DNA of 64,000 nt, from contig JARYMI010000016.1 in assembly GCA_029907205.1 (NCBI GenBank), positions 959 to 64,958 on the forward strand. The letters run 5' to 3'. Numbering within the stretch: position 1 is the stretch's first letter; every line of letters starts with the position of its first letter. Made by a program: the position numbers and the translations under genes. Below are positions 18,547 through 28,494 of the stretch, one piece after another. The notes below the pieces were generated by a model. The model did not search any database. It was given only the letters and a program-made list of their open reading frames with translations, and was not told the origin of the DNA. The stretch is from Clostridiales bacterium (GTDB lineage: Bacteria; Acidobacteriota; Aminicenantia; Aminicenantales; UBA8522).

Positions 18547-21500
18547 ATGAAAAAGAGGCTGAAGAAGGCTTTCCTCGTCCTAGGAAGCATCCTGCTGTTT
18601 TTCCTGCTGGTCATCGTCATCGCTTCCCTGCTTTTTTTCTACCGGAAGCCCCTCATCAAGAGAATCGTAGAAAAACAGGTTGAAAAGCAGACGGGAATCC
18701 GTGTCGCCGTTGGAACTCTGGATTATTGGCTGTTTCCGCTGAGGATTGAAGCTGGCTCAGTCATGTTCAAAACGAAACTAGAAGAAACAGAAGTCGATGT
18801 TTTTGTCGGGAGGCTTATACTCAGAGGCGATATCCATCGCATCAGGAAAAAGGCGAGACCCTATTTTGAATCAATCGAGGCGGAGGGCGTCCGGATTATC
18901 TCTTATGTGGGGAAGGCCCGAAAAAAGATCGCCGTCGAAGACATCCTCCATGGCTTATCTTCAGGGATGAGCTACGTCAGAAAAATAGGCCTTAGAAACT
19001 CCTCTTTTAAGTTCATTTTTTCCAAACAAGAACTATCTTTTCAAGAAGTGGAGATCACTCTGTCATCATCCTGGAATCAAGAATCTATTGCCTATACCCT
19101 GCTCTGCCAGAAGGCCCAGGGAATTTTTCAATCCAAATCAGCTCAATTCCAAAACGCGATTCAGGCGTCCGGGACCCTGTTCCCCGGGGAAAAACCGGCC
19201 ATAAAGGGCGGGTTTGTTTTCACATCGAACCGTCTCGCTTACGCTGCCAAAGAAGAATATTTCGAAAAAATCACCGTGAATTTTGATGGAGCATTCGACT
19301 GGAGCAAAGAGGAATTTATCTTTCAATCGCTACAGGTCGAAATCCCGTCCTTCACGAGCCTCACGGGATCCCTTGATATTATTCTCAAAGACGAGTTGAC
19401 CTTTTCCATTCGCCCCCGGCTCCAAGTTGAAGACCTCGGCCGATTTTATCACCTAGTTAAAGACCGTTTGCCCCGGGAGTTCGAGGGGCTGGAGCTTCAA
19501 GGCAGCGCACTTTTTGAAGGAGAGGCCCGCATAAAGCCTCCAGATCCCGGGAAAAAGCTAAGCCTCAGCGGGCTGGTTGTGCTGAACCCTTCCCGTATCA
19601 AATTTCGGACCGCCGAATATCAACTTGACTGTCCCGTTTCAGGGGATTTCAGGATCGCCAGATTCCCGGACGATCCTGAGATATCCGGCCGCCTGAAGAT
19701 TTCCGATGGCTCTTTAGCTGGAAAAGCTGTGGAAGCCCATGGAATAGGACTCGATATTCCCTTTGTTTATGACCATAAAGAATCAATACTCAACATCGCG
19801 AGTTTAAAAGCCGGCGCTTTTCGCCTGGATATTCCTTACACGAAAATAAAAACAAACACTCCTAGGTTTTTTGGGCAGGGATTTCTGGATCTTAAGAAAA
19901 AGAGGCTCCATATTTTGCGGGCAAATGTCGAGGTGGACCCTTTCCCGGTGTTTTACATCAAAGCGCAGGCCGGTCTCAGCCCTCAGGATGCCAAGTCGTT
20001 TTCCGTTAAGAGTTCACAAATCAGCTTCCAGTCAGTGATGGATTTTTTCTCTTTCGCCGTTCCAAAGAAAGTCATGGATTGGGAACCTGACGGGCGGTTG
20101 AACGTTCAAATCGAAGCTCGCCATCCTTCCGGAGAAAAGGAAAAGGGCTGGCACGTAGCGGCAGAACTTGAATCCCTCGACGTGAAATTCCATGACCCTT
20201 CCTTCACGGCGGCCGGAGAAGCTCTCCGCGCGAAGCTTACCCTGGAGGGAACCCTCCGTCGTCCTTTGAAAGAAATTCTGTTCAGGGCAAGGATGGAGCT
20301 TTACCGGGGGGAATCTCTCTGGAAGGACTTTTATGTGGACTGGAGCAGGATGCCTCTTCAGAGTACTGTGATCGGCCGGTTTGACATTCCGCAGAAAAAA
20401 CTGACAGACTTCTCCCTGGGACTGGCCATTCCTGGTTTCGGCGAGATTGATGCAACAGGCCGGCTCGATTTACAGGAACCCCGTTTCGCTGATCTAAAAG
20501 TCACGGCCTCAGCGTTTCAACTCGCCGCTCTGTCCGCTTTCTTCAACCAGAGAAGAGCAGCCGGCCAAACGCAGGGGGAATGGAAAGGCGAGGCGGAGAG
20601 CCGCGTCAATGCCAGGTTCGATAAAAACGCTCTCTCCATCCTTGGATTTCTCAGGGTGAAGGATACGTCATGGACCGATGAAGCCAGGAATTTGGCAATA
20701 CAGGGAATAGAGGCGCATCTCCCTGTGCATTACGATTCTAAACCCAGATACGGAGAGGCGGATATCCCTTCTCCGGAAGACGGATATCTCCATGTGCAAA
20801 AAATTCGTGCTCCCTATCTGGACCTGTCGTCGCTGAGGCTGGACATCAAAGGCAGAAGAAACGGCTACTCGATCCAGCCTTTCGCGCTCGAGATATTCGG
20901 CGAGGAGGCCAGGGTGGGCGAGATATCTATCGAGTACCGGTCCAACCCGTCGGATTTTAAGGCTCTGACTTCGTTTTCCTGGATGGACGGAGATCTTTCC
21001 CAGGCTCCGTTTTCCTCCCGGGATTTCCAGCTCGAAGGAAAGTTATCCCTGGATCTTCCTCGTGTCGCAATCTCGCCGGACCTCGTGTCGACCGAGGGCG
21101 TAGCCAGGGCAAACGCATTCGGAGGAACGATCGCCATCAAAAACATCCAGATGGAAAGACCGTTCACCAAAAACAGGACGATTTCCTGCGATGTCGCGTT
21201 AGCGGAACTGGACCTTGAAAAAATCACGGATTCGATCCCGTTCGGCCGCGTCACGGGAATCATCAACGGAGAAATCCAGGACCTTGCCCTGTCCTACGGG
21301 CAGCCCGAACGCTTTGACATCCGTATCGAATCGGAAAGGAGAAAGGGAGTTCAGCAGAGATTCAGCGTGAAGGCCACAGACGATCTGACCATTCTCGGCA
21401 CGGGCGAAAGAACGGCCTTGTCTTCCCGGAGCGGATGGACCCGATTCGTCCGAGAATTCAGATATGACAAAATCGGGATCGCGTGTTCCTTGAAAAACGA

Positions 21501-21669
21501 CATCTTCTCTCTTCAGGGAACGATCTGGAGGAACGGAGTCGAATATCTCGTCAGAGGAACCGGCCTTTTCGCCATTAACGTGGTGAACAAACAGGCCCGG
21601 AATCAAATCCGTTTCAAGGATATGCTGAACCGGCTCCAGAGAATAGGCCAATCAAAACAATCCCCATGA
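18547..21669 (+). CDS. ydbH: AsmA-family/YdbH-like large inner-membrane-anchored protein (putative inter-membrane lipid transport)
   Basis: N-terminal signal-anchor MKKRLKKAFLVLGSILLFFLLVIV, then about 1000 aa of beta-rich sequence. It lies immediately upstream of a YnbE/YdbL-like gene, as in the E. coli ydbH-ynbE-ydbL operon. The ORF-track start at 18220 reads through the repeat and is rejected. Confidence 0.6.
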   Translation: MKKRLKKAFLVLGSILLFFLLVIVIASLLFFYRKPLIKRIVEKQVEKQTGIRVAVGTLDYWLFPLRIEAGSVMFKTKLEETEVDVFVGRLILRGDIHRIRKKARPYFESIEAEGVRIISYVGKARKKIAVEDILHGLSSGMSYVRKIGLRNSSFKFIFSKQELSFQEVEITLSSSWNQESIAYTLLCQKAQGIFQSKSAQFQNAIQASGTLFPGEKPAIKGGFVFTSNRLAYAAKEEYFEKITVNFDGAFDWSKEEFIFQSLQVEIPSFTSLTGSLDIILKDELTFSIRPRLQVEDLGRFYHLVKDRLPREFEGLELQGSALFEGEARIKPPDPGKKLSLSGLVVLNPSRIKFRTAEYQLDCPVSGDFRIARFPDDPEISGRLKISDGSLAGKAVEAHGIGLDIPFVYDHKESILNIASLKAGAFRLDIPYTKIKTNTPRFFGQGFLDLKKKRLHILRANVEVDPFPVFYIKAQAGLSPQDAKSFSVKSSQISFQSVMDFFSFAVPKKVMDWEPDGRLNVQIEARHPSGEKEKGWHVAAELESLDVKFHDPSFTAAGEALRAKLTLEGTLRRPLKEILFRARMELYRGESLWKDFYVDWSRMPLQSTVIGRFDIPQKKLTDFSLGLAIPGFGEIDATGRLDLQEPRFADLKVTASAFQLAALSAFFNQRRAAGQTQGEWKGEAESRVNARFDKNALSILGFLRVKDTSWTDEARNLAIQGIEAHLPVHYDSKPRYGEADIPSPEDGYLHVQKIRAPYLDLSSLRLDIKGRRNGYSIQPFALEIFGEEARVGEISIEYRSNPSDFKALTSFSWMDGDLSQAPFSSRDFQLEGKLSLDLPRVAISPDLVSTEGVARANAFGGTIAIKNIQMERPFTKNRTISCDVALAELDLEKITDSIPFGRVTGIINGEIQDLALSYGQPERFDIRIESERRKGVQQRFSVKATDDLTILGTGERTALSSRSGWTRFVREFRYDKIGIACSLKNDIFSLQGTIWRNGVEYLVRGTGLFAINVVNKQARNQIRFKDMLNRLQRIGQSKQSP

Positions 21670-21736
21670 CCGGGTTCCGTGATTTTGCTATACTAATAAA
21701 ATGAGAAAAATGAGCTTTTCAGGAAGGGAGGTCGCC

Positions 21737-22312
21737 ATGCGAAAATTTTCGCCTGTGTTCACAATTTTCATCATCCTGTTTGTTCTGGCCATTGCCTGCG
21801 TGACCATCAACATCTATTTTCCTGAGGCGGCCGTGCAAAAAACGGCGGAGGAGATCGTGGACGAGGTGAGAAAATCCGGGCAGGAAGGCAAAAAAAAGGA
21901 GGAAAAGAGTGTGAGCCAATCCGCCTTCTCTCTCATTCCCGCTGTGTATGCACAGGAAGAGGAAACGGTCTCCACCCCGAAAATCCGCGCCCTGAAGCAA
22001 TCCCTGAAGGACAAAGAACCCCTCCTCAAGCCCTTCTTCGATCAGGGCCATATCGGAGAAGCCAACAACGGGATGATCCAGATCCGCAGCGAGGAGGGCC
22101 TCTCCCTGAAGGATAAAGCGGAATTGAGGCGCCTGACGAAAGAAGTAAACAGCGAAAGGGAAACTCTGTACGCGGAGGTTGCCAAAGCGTTAAACATCGA
22201 AGAAAGCCAGGTTCCGAGGATACAGAAAATATTCGCCAGACGCTGGATCGAAAACAGCCCTCCCGGCTGGTGGATTCAAAACGATGACGGAGAATGGATC
22301 AGGAAACAATAA
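21737..22312 (+). CDS. Fused YnbE-like lipoprotein N-region plus YdbL (DUF1318) C-domain
   Basis: N-terminus LAIACVTINIYF resembles the YnbE lipoprotein core. C-terminus ...ENSPPGWWIQNDDGEWIRKQ matches the DUF1318/YdbL C-terminal signature. RBS gaagggagg present. Confidence 0.55.
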   Translation: MRKFSPVFTIFIILFVLAIACVTINIYFPEAAVQKTAEEIVDEVRKSGQEGKKKEEKSVSQSAFSLIPAVYAQEEETVSTPKIRALKQSLKDKEPLLKPFFDQGHIGEANNGMIQIRSEEGLSLKDKAELRRLTKEVNSERETLYAEVAKALNIEESQVPRIQKIFARRWIENSPPGWWIQNDDGEWIRKQ

Positions 22313-22320
22313 ACCTTCCA

Positions 22321-22488
22321 AATTGATCGGGTGACAGCATACATAATTACCAAATTTCCAAAAGAGAGATTCAACAAACGGTGGGCATCGCCAAGAAGAC
22401 GCCGGTGCTTGCTTCGACTGATCAACAGATCGGCAGTCTGCGGCGCAAAAAATTAAGGTAATTATGTATGGCGTCCCCAATTTTGAGG
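22321..22488. mobile_element. Complete roughly 168-bp miniature inverted-repeat element (MITE-like) with about 30-bp TIRs
   Basis: Left end aattgatcgggtgacagcatacataattacc (22321-22351). Right end ggtaattatgtatggcgtccccaattttgagg (22457-22488) is its reverse complement. The internal roughly 105 bp is shared with 18447-18546. Confidence 0.85.
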
Positions 22489-23889
22489 CGATTTTTCAAG
22501 CCCGGAAACATCATGGTCGACCGGGACGGCCAGGCGCGGATCATGGATTTCGGGATCGCCCGCTCGCTCAAGGGCAAGGGCATCACCGGTGCCGGAATGA
22601 TGATCGGGACGCCGGAATACATGTCGCCCGAGCAGGTCGAGGGCAAGGAGGTCGACGAGCGGTCGGACATCTATTCTCTCGGCGTCATTCTTTATGAAAT
22701 GGTGGCGGGGCGGGTGCCGTTCGAAGGCGAAACTCCTTTCACGGTCGGCGTGAAACACAAGAGCGAAGTTCCCCGGCCGCCCAAAGAGCTCAACGTCCAG
22801 ATTCCCGAGAGCCTCAACCAGGTGGTTTTGAAATGCCTGGAAAAAGACAAAGATAGGCGGTATCAAAGCGCCACAGAACTGAAAGGGGAATTAGGGCTGA
22901 TCGCAGAGGGAATGCCGGCTGCGGCGAAAGCGATTCCAAAGAGGAAGGCATTCACGTCCAGAGAAATTACAGTAACCGTGGGAGTGAAAAAGCTCGTCGT
23001 TCCCGCAGTCGCTCTCGTCGCCCTTGTTGTTCTGGCCGCCGTCCTCTGGCGTATCATCCCGAAAAGGAAGGCGTTGCCAATCCCAACGGACAGACCTTCT
23101 ATCGCCGTCATGTATTTCAAAAACAACGCGGGCGATTCGGGGCTCAACCACTGGCAGACCATGCTACCCAACCTGCTCGTCACCGACCTCACCCAATCGA
23201 GGTTCATTCGCGTCCTGAGCGAGGACAGACTCGGTCAAACCGTATGGGTGAGAGGCTTACTGATCGGTTTATCTTACCTTGAGCGAACTTCAGGACGTCC
23301 GGAAGCCGCCCTGGTAGAGCTGGATAAAGCCTGGACCAGCGCGGTCGCGGAAGACAGCTTGTGGGATCAAAGAGATATTCTGCTCAGTCAGGGGCTGGCG
23401 CATCTGGCGATGAAATCCATACGCCAAGCCCAAGATGTGACCGCCAAGCTGGAGGCGGCGGTCGCCCAGGCGCCCAACAAAAAACTCATCTGGTACTCTC
23501 ACTATCTGATGGGGATGATCGAGCTGGAAAAAAAGAACTATGCCAGGGCTATTGAACTGTTCAAGCTGGGATTGCCTTTGTTGGACGCGGATTCAGGAAA
23601 TCGCCTTTTATTTGCTGACGCAACGGGCACGGCCTTTTATGAATCGGGTGATCTCAACAGCGCTCGGCAGGAGTATCAGAGAATCATTTCTATGAATATC
23701 GGCAGGTTTGATTACGGCGACATCTATGCCAAAGCCCATTACCAACTTGGAAAAATCAGCGAACAGCAAGGAAAAAAGGCCGAGGCCGGAGAGCATTACC
23801 GGAAATTCCTTTTCCTCTGGAAGGATGCCGACTCCGGCCTGCCCGAAGTCGAGGACGCTCGCAAATCGCTGGCTCGTCTTCAGCCGTGA
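22468..23889 (+). pseudogene. 5'-truncated Hanks-type Ser/Thr kinase with TM segment and TPR domain. The ATP-binding lobe is missing and the first 7 codons come from the repeat end. Possibly expressed as a dead pseudokinase.
   Basis: The ORF begins MASPILR (repeat-encoded). It then runs FKPGNIMV...DFGIA...TPEYMSPE, which are kinase subdomains VIb to VIII. The glycine loop, VAIK lysine, alphaC glutamate and HRD are absent. A TM helix and TPR-like repeats follow. Confidence 0.7.
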
Positions 23890-24782
23890 CCGTCTCGCCT
23901 TATCACCCTTTTCGATCGGAAAAAGCCAGGCAGCGCTTTCTGGGGGTATATCAGCAGGGGGCGGAAAAATGGCCGGTGCCCTCGACCACCAGGATGGTTG
24001 AGACTTCTTTTGGCCAGACTTTTGTCAGGGTGAGCGGACCTCCGGATGCTCCTCCCCTCGTGCTGCTCCACGGCATTGACGGCAATTCGCTTCAGTGGAT
24101 CCCGAATATCAAAGCTTTATCCGGTTATTTCAGGGCCTACGCCGTTGACGGCATCTATGATTGCGGCCTGAGTGTCTATGCGCGTTTCTTTGAAGGTCCG
24201 GAAGACTTTACAAGCTGGCTTGATGAGTTGTTCGATGCTCTTGAGCTCAAAAATAAAATCCGTCTGGTTGGGCTTTCTTACGGCGGCTGGCAGGCCATCC
24301 ATTATGCCCTTCGCTTTCCCCAAAGGCTCGGTAAACTTGTGCTCCTGGCGCCAGCGGGAACGGTCCTGCCGATCCGTCTCATATGGCTCGTCAGAGCTGC
24401 TTTCTGCGCCATTCCCGTTCGTTACTTCGCCAGGAGTTTTATTTACTGGATTCTCCAGGATGCCGTGAGAAAAGATGAAACCACCCGGAAAATGGTCGAT
24501 GAATGGGTGGAATTTTCTTATGCGGCCATGAGGAGCTTCAAACCCAGGCGCCTGGTCAATCCGGCTGTTCTCAAAGACGAAGAATTGCGAAGTCTCAGAG
24601 TGCCGGCCCTCTTTTTGGTCGGTGAAAACGAGAAGCTTTATTCTGCCCGAAAAGCGATCAGGCGCCTCAATCGAGTAGCTCCCCAGATTAAGACAGAGCT
24701 CATTCCCGGCGCCGGCCACGACCTCACCATTGCCCGGGCGGAAATGGTCAACAGAAAAATCCTGGAGTTCCTCCTATCTTAG
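23886..24782 (+). CDS. Alpha/beta-fold hydrolase
   Basis: HG oxyanion motif (LLHGIDG), nucleophile elbow GLSYGG, C-terminal GAGHD His region. 298 aa. Confidence 0.7.
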   Translation: MTVSPYHPFRSEKARQRFLGVYQQGAEKWPVPSTTRMVETSFGQTFVRVSGPPDAPPLVLLHGIDGNSLQWIPNIKALSGYFRAYAVDGIYDCGLSVYARFFEGPEDFTSWLDELFDALELKNKIRLVGLSYGGWQAIHYALRFPQRLGKLVLLAPAGTVLPIRLIWLVRAAFCAIPVRYFARSFIYWILQDAVRKDETTRKMVDEWVEFSYAAMRSFKPRRLVNPAVLKDEELRSLRVPALFLVGENEKLYSARKAIRRLNRVAPQIKTELIPGAGHDLTIARAEMVNRKILEFLLS

Positions 24783-24803
24783 AAGCTCTGGGCAATCTTT
24801 TCC

Positions 24804-27800
24804 CTACTTCTTGACGCGGACCGGAAAGGGAGGCCGCCGAAGCTTTGGCGGCGGGTTCTTCTTGAGCAGGTCCATGACGACCTCGATCGCTTTCTCGAGT
24901 TGAGGATCGCGGCCGGCTATCATGTCAGCGGGCGTAATCTCCACCTCGATATCCGGCGGAACTCCCTCGTTCTCCACCACCCAGCCGTCTTCTGTCCAGA
25001 TGGCCAGGTTCGGTGCGGTCACCACTCCTCCATCCATGAGCACGGGGAATCCAAGCGTCCCAACCAACCCTCCCCACGTGCGCTTCCCGATAAGCGGGCC
25101 GAGGCCGAACTTGCGGAACATCCAGGGCAGCAAGTCTCCTCCCGAGCCGGCAGTCTCGTTGATAAGCATGACTTTCGGCCCCTGGATGGATGCACTCGGC
25201 GTTTTCAAATCAGCGCCGTAACGCATGGCCCACATGGAGATATAGGGCTTTCGCAGGTGGTCGATGTAGTAATCCGCCACCTGGCCGCCGCCGTTATGCC
25301 TCTCGTCGACGATGATGGCATCCTTGTGGGCCTGGGGGAAGAAATAGCGCTTGAAGTACACATGGCCTAAGGTCGACGTGTTTGGGACATAGACATAGGC
25401 GACGCGCCCTCCTGTCGCCTCCTCGACTTTCCTAAGGTTTCCCTCGACCCAGTCCCTGTTTCGTAGAGCGGCCTCGTTGGCGATGGGCACAACCTCAACG
25501 GTTCTTGAACCTGTGCCGTCCGGTGCAGGTCCGACGGTGATTTCTATTATTTTTTCAGCCGTGTTCTCGAGGGCGCTGAAGAGGTTCACAGGCGGCCGCA
25601 GATCCTTGCCGTTAACGGCGAGGAGATATTCCCCTGCCTTGACATCCACTCCAGGCTCAGTCAGGGGCGAACGGAGCTCGGGATTCCAGTTCAGCCCTCC
25701 ATAGACTTTCTTGAACCGATAGCGGCCGTTGGCGATTTCGTAATCGGCGCCAAGAAGCCCAACCGGCACGCTCTTCGGCTCAGCGAAGGAATCTCCTCCG
25801 CCGACCCGGTGATGGCCAACCGCGAGCTCGCTACACATCCACTGAATAAGCCTGTTGAGGTCGCTCCGGCAGGAAAGATGGGGCAAAAACTCAGCATATT
25901 TTTCCTTCATGGCTTTCCAGTTGCAGCCGTGCATGTTGGGATCGTAAAAATAATCGCGGTTTATGCGCCAGGCCTCATGGAAAATTTGCGGCCACTCCAC
26001 TCGGGGGTTAATCTTGACTTCAATACTATCGACGTTAATTTTACCCTGTCCGGACTGGATTTTCCCCGAAAGCGCAACTATCCCCCAGGTTTCCCTCGAG
26101 ACATAGAGCATCTTCTTCTTGTCTGCAGAGAGAATGTACCCGTTGATGCCTTCCATCACAATTTCATCCTTGCGCGTCTTCAGGTCGAATTTATGCAGCT
26201 TTGCACCTTCTGCTCCCGGCCCAAAAGCGCTGATGGCCCGGGGGGGATATTCTAAATAATAAACATGACCAGACTCGCCAACCTGAAGGTTGCGGTAACT
26301 CCCTGCGCTCACGGGAATGGCCACAATCCTCTGATTGATCCCTTCAAAATCAATGGAAACGGCCTCTTCTTTTTTCTTTGCCGGCGCTGGCTCGGTTTTT
26401 GCCTCTTTCCCAACCTGCGCGGCTTTTTCTTCTCTGGCCTTTTCTTTGTTGGCTTTTTCCTCGATGATTCCCTTCTCTTCATCGCTTTCCTTGGCCAGAG
26501 GGTTGGGCAGATCTTTCTTCAGGACAGCCATGTAGAGAGAGTTCGTCAGGGTCATGTCGGCATTCGACATATCAAACCATTGTTTCACCGGGCCAGCGTC
26601 GGTCGAAGAGAAAAAGTAGAGGTATTTACCGCCCGGGTCAAACACAGGCTCGCTGACCTCGCTCAACCCGTCCGTGACAGCGAAAGACTTATCTTTCTCG
26701 AGAGAATAAACATAAACCTTCTGGATGTAGGCCTGGGTGTTGAGGGTGTAAACAATCCATCTGGAATCGGGCGCCCAGGAGGAATAGACGCTGCGAATTC
26801 GCGTCGGGCCGTAAAGATATTCGGAGCCAATCTTTTTAGAAACGCCAGTTTTCAGGTCAATCCAATAAAGGCTCCAGGAATTGTCGGCATAGGAGATTTT
26901 CTGGCTATCGGGAGACCAGACAGGGGCATCATAAAAACCGGCACCGCTGAGCTTATATTTTTTCACTTCTCCCTTGCCGTCTTGACTGCGCACGTGGAGC
27001 TCGTACTCCCCGGATTCATCGGAAAAATAGGCGATGGCTTTCCCGTCCGGAGACCATGCCGGAGAGCGCTCATGGACGCCAGGGGTCAAGGTGATGTTCC
27101 GGAAATCGCCCTTTTCGGCGGGAAGCGTGATGATCTCGCCGCGGAACTCGAAAACCGCTCTCGCGCCCGTGGGAGAGATGGAAGCATTTCGGATATAGCG
27201 AGCGCCTTTGACGAACCTTTCGCGGATCTCGAGGAGGTCAGCGGCCACGCCGATCGTAAGCCTGGAGCTTTTTTGCGCCTGCGGGTCGAAGATATGGAGG
27301 TATCCTCCCTGTTCGTAGATGATTTTTCCGGCGCCGCAGGAAGCGCTGACGATGGGGAAATCTTCGTGGCGCGTGAGCTGCTGGATCCTCTTCGTTTTCG
27401 TATCATAAGAGAAAAGGTTGAACTCTCCGTTCCGGTCTGACCTGAAATAAATCTTGTCTCCGATCCACATCGGGTTGACATCGTTTGAGCGTCCTTCGGG
27501 CTGAGGAATTTCTTCGACGCTGTGGTCACGCCGGTTATAGATCAAGATAGTCGATGCCTGGCCGCCGCGGTAATTTTTCCACTGGACAAAGGCATCGGCC
27601 AGGGGGTTATAGGCGATCCGTGTTCCATCTGGCGAATAGGCCGCCCGAAAGACATAGGGAATTTCAAGCTGCTCGGGGAAGCCTCCCTCGACAGGAACCG
27701 TGAAAAGATGATTCCATGCTCGGGTGAAGGCATAGCGGGCCGAGGTAAAAAGAACAGATTTCCCATCGGGCGTGAACCCCTGAACCATATCAGGATAGGG

Positions 27801-28136
27801 ATGCCAGGTGAGCCGCCTGGGAATGCCCCCTTCAGCGGAAAGGATGTAAACATCCGTGTTTCCCTCGTACTGGGCGCTGAAGGCAATCCATTTTCCATCC
27901 GGGGAGAAAACCGGGTTGGATTCCAGGCCAAGGTCGGATGTCAGCTTGCGGGGGTTTTTCCCGTCTGTGTCCGCCGTCCAGAGGTCGCCGGCATAGGCAA
28001 AGGCAATCGCCGTTGCGCTTAGGGCCGGCTGGCTCAAAAACACCGTGTCCTTTGTATCGATGGCTGGAAGGAAAAGAGTGGCGGATAAGAACATGGTTGA
28101 GAAGAAAGCGAAAAACGAAAGAATTCTGGACTTCAT
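24804..28136 (-). CDS. Tricorn protease homolog (S41B): TolB-like beta-propellers, PDZ and S41 peptidase domain, secreted
   Basis: About 1110 aa. N-terminal signal. Repeated SP[DA]G(KR)xIAF propeller motifs. C-terminal S41 region with an RNGGG-type motif. Start set at MKSRIL, which has an aaggagg RBS. Confidence 0.8.
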   Translation of the reverse strand: MKSRILSFFAFFSTMFLSATLFLPAIDTKDTVFLSQPALSATAIAFAYAGDLWTADTDGKNPRKLTSDLGLESNPVFSPDGKWIAFSAQYEGNTDVYILSAEGGIPRRLTWHPYPDMVQGFTPDGKSVLFTSARYAFTRAWNHLFTVPVEGGFPEQLEIPYVFRAAYSPDGTRIAYNPLADAFVQWKNYRGGQASTILIYNRRDHSVEEIPQPEGRSNDVNPMWIGDKIYFRSDRNGEFNLFSYDTKTKRIQQLTRHEDFPIVSASCGAGKIIYEQGGYLHIFDPQAQKSSRLTIGVAADLLEIRERFVKGARYIRNASISPTGARAVFEFRGEIITLPAEKGDFRNITLTPGVHERSPAWSPDGKAIAYFSDESGEYELHVRSQDGKGEVKKYKLSGAGFYDAPVWSPDSQKISYADNSWSLYWIDLKTGVSKKIGSEYLYGPTRIRSVYSSWAPDSRWIVYTLNTQAYIQKVYVYSLEKDKSFAVTDGLSEVSEPVFDPGGKYLYFFSSTDAGPVKQWFDMSNADMTLTNSLYMAVLKKDLPNPLAKESDEEKGIIEEKANKEKAREEKAAQVGKEAKTEPAPAKKKEEAVSIDFEGINQRIVAIPVSAGSYRNLQVGESGHVYYLEYPPRAISAFGPGAEGAKLHKFDLKTRKDEIVMEGINGYILSADKKKMLYVSRETWGIVALSGKIQSGQGKINVDSIEVKINPRVEWPQIFHEAWRINRDYFYDPNMHGCNWKAMKEKYAEFLPHLSCRSDLNRLIQWMCSELAVGHHRVGGGDSFAEPKSVPVGLLGADYEIANGRYRFKKVYGGLNWNPELRSPLTEPGVDVKAGEYLLAVNGKDLRPPVNLFSALENTAEKIIEITVGPAPDGTGSRTVEVVPIANEAALRNRDWVEGNLRKVEEATGGRVAYVYVPNTSTLGHVYFKRYFFPQAHKDAIIVDERHNGGGQVADYYIDHLRKPYISMWAMRYGADLKTPSASIQGPKVMLINETAGSGGDLLPWMFRKFGLGPLIGKRTWGGLVGTLGFPVLMDGGVVTAPNLAIWTEDGWVVENEGVPPDIEVEITPADMIAGRDPQLEKAIEVVMDLLKKNPPPKLRRPPFPVRVKK

Positions 28137-28494
28137 GCCAGCCTCCTTAAGAAAAATTTGTGTTAAACATACACATATGCCTCCAATTATATGCATATTA
28201 CGGTTTATGTCCACAAAGCGTTTGCCCTCAAATTTGCCGATAACGATTAGGCGTCAGTAAAAACGGCTTGGCTTTTAAAAGAATTCAGATGGTCCTAACA
28301 TATACTGCGAAATATATAAAGATTGATTCCGGATATATGGGGCAATTGGTGGAGTGGCCGGAATTTGAGCGGCTATGGGCATCACTCAAGGGCTTCAAAT
28401 AATCGTTCCAAAGAGACCGGTAAAAATCCTTCGAAAGCAAGGGATGGGCCGGCGCTTCCTGACACAAATGGGACAAATCAAATAAAGAGGGAGG

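Noticed and set aside
28320-28345. ggggcaattgg, superficially like the repeat tip
   Set aside because: Only 8-9 bp of similarity, with no adjoining acagcatacgtaattacc core.
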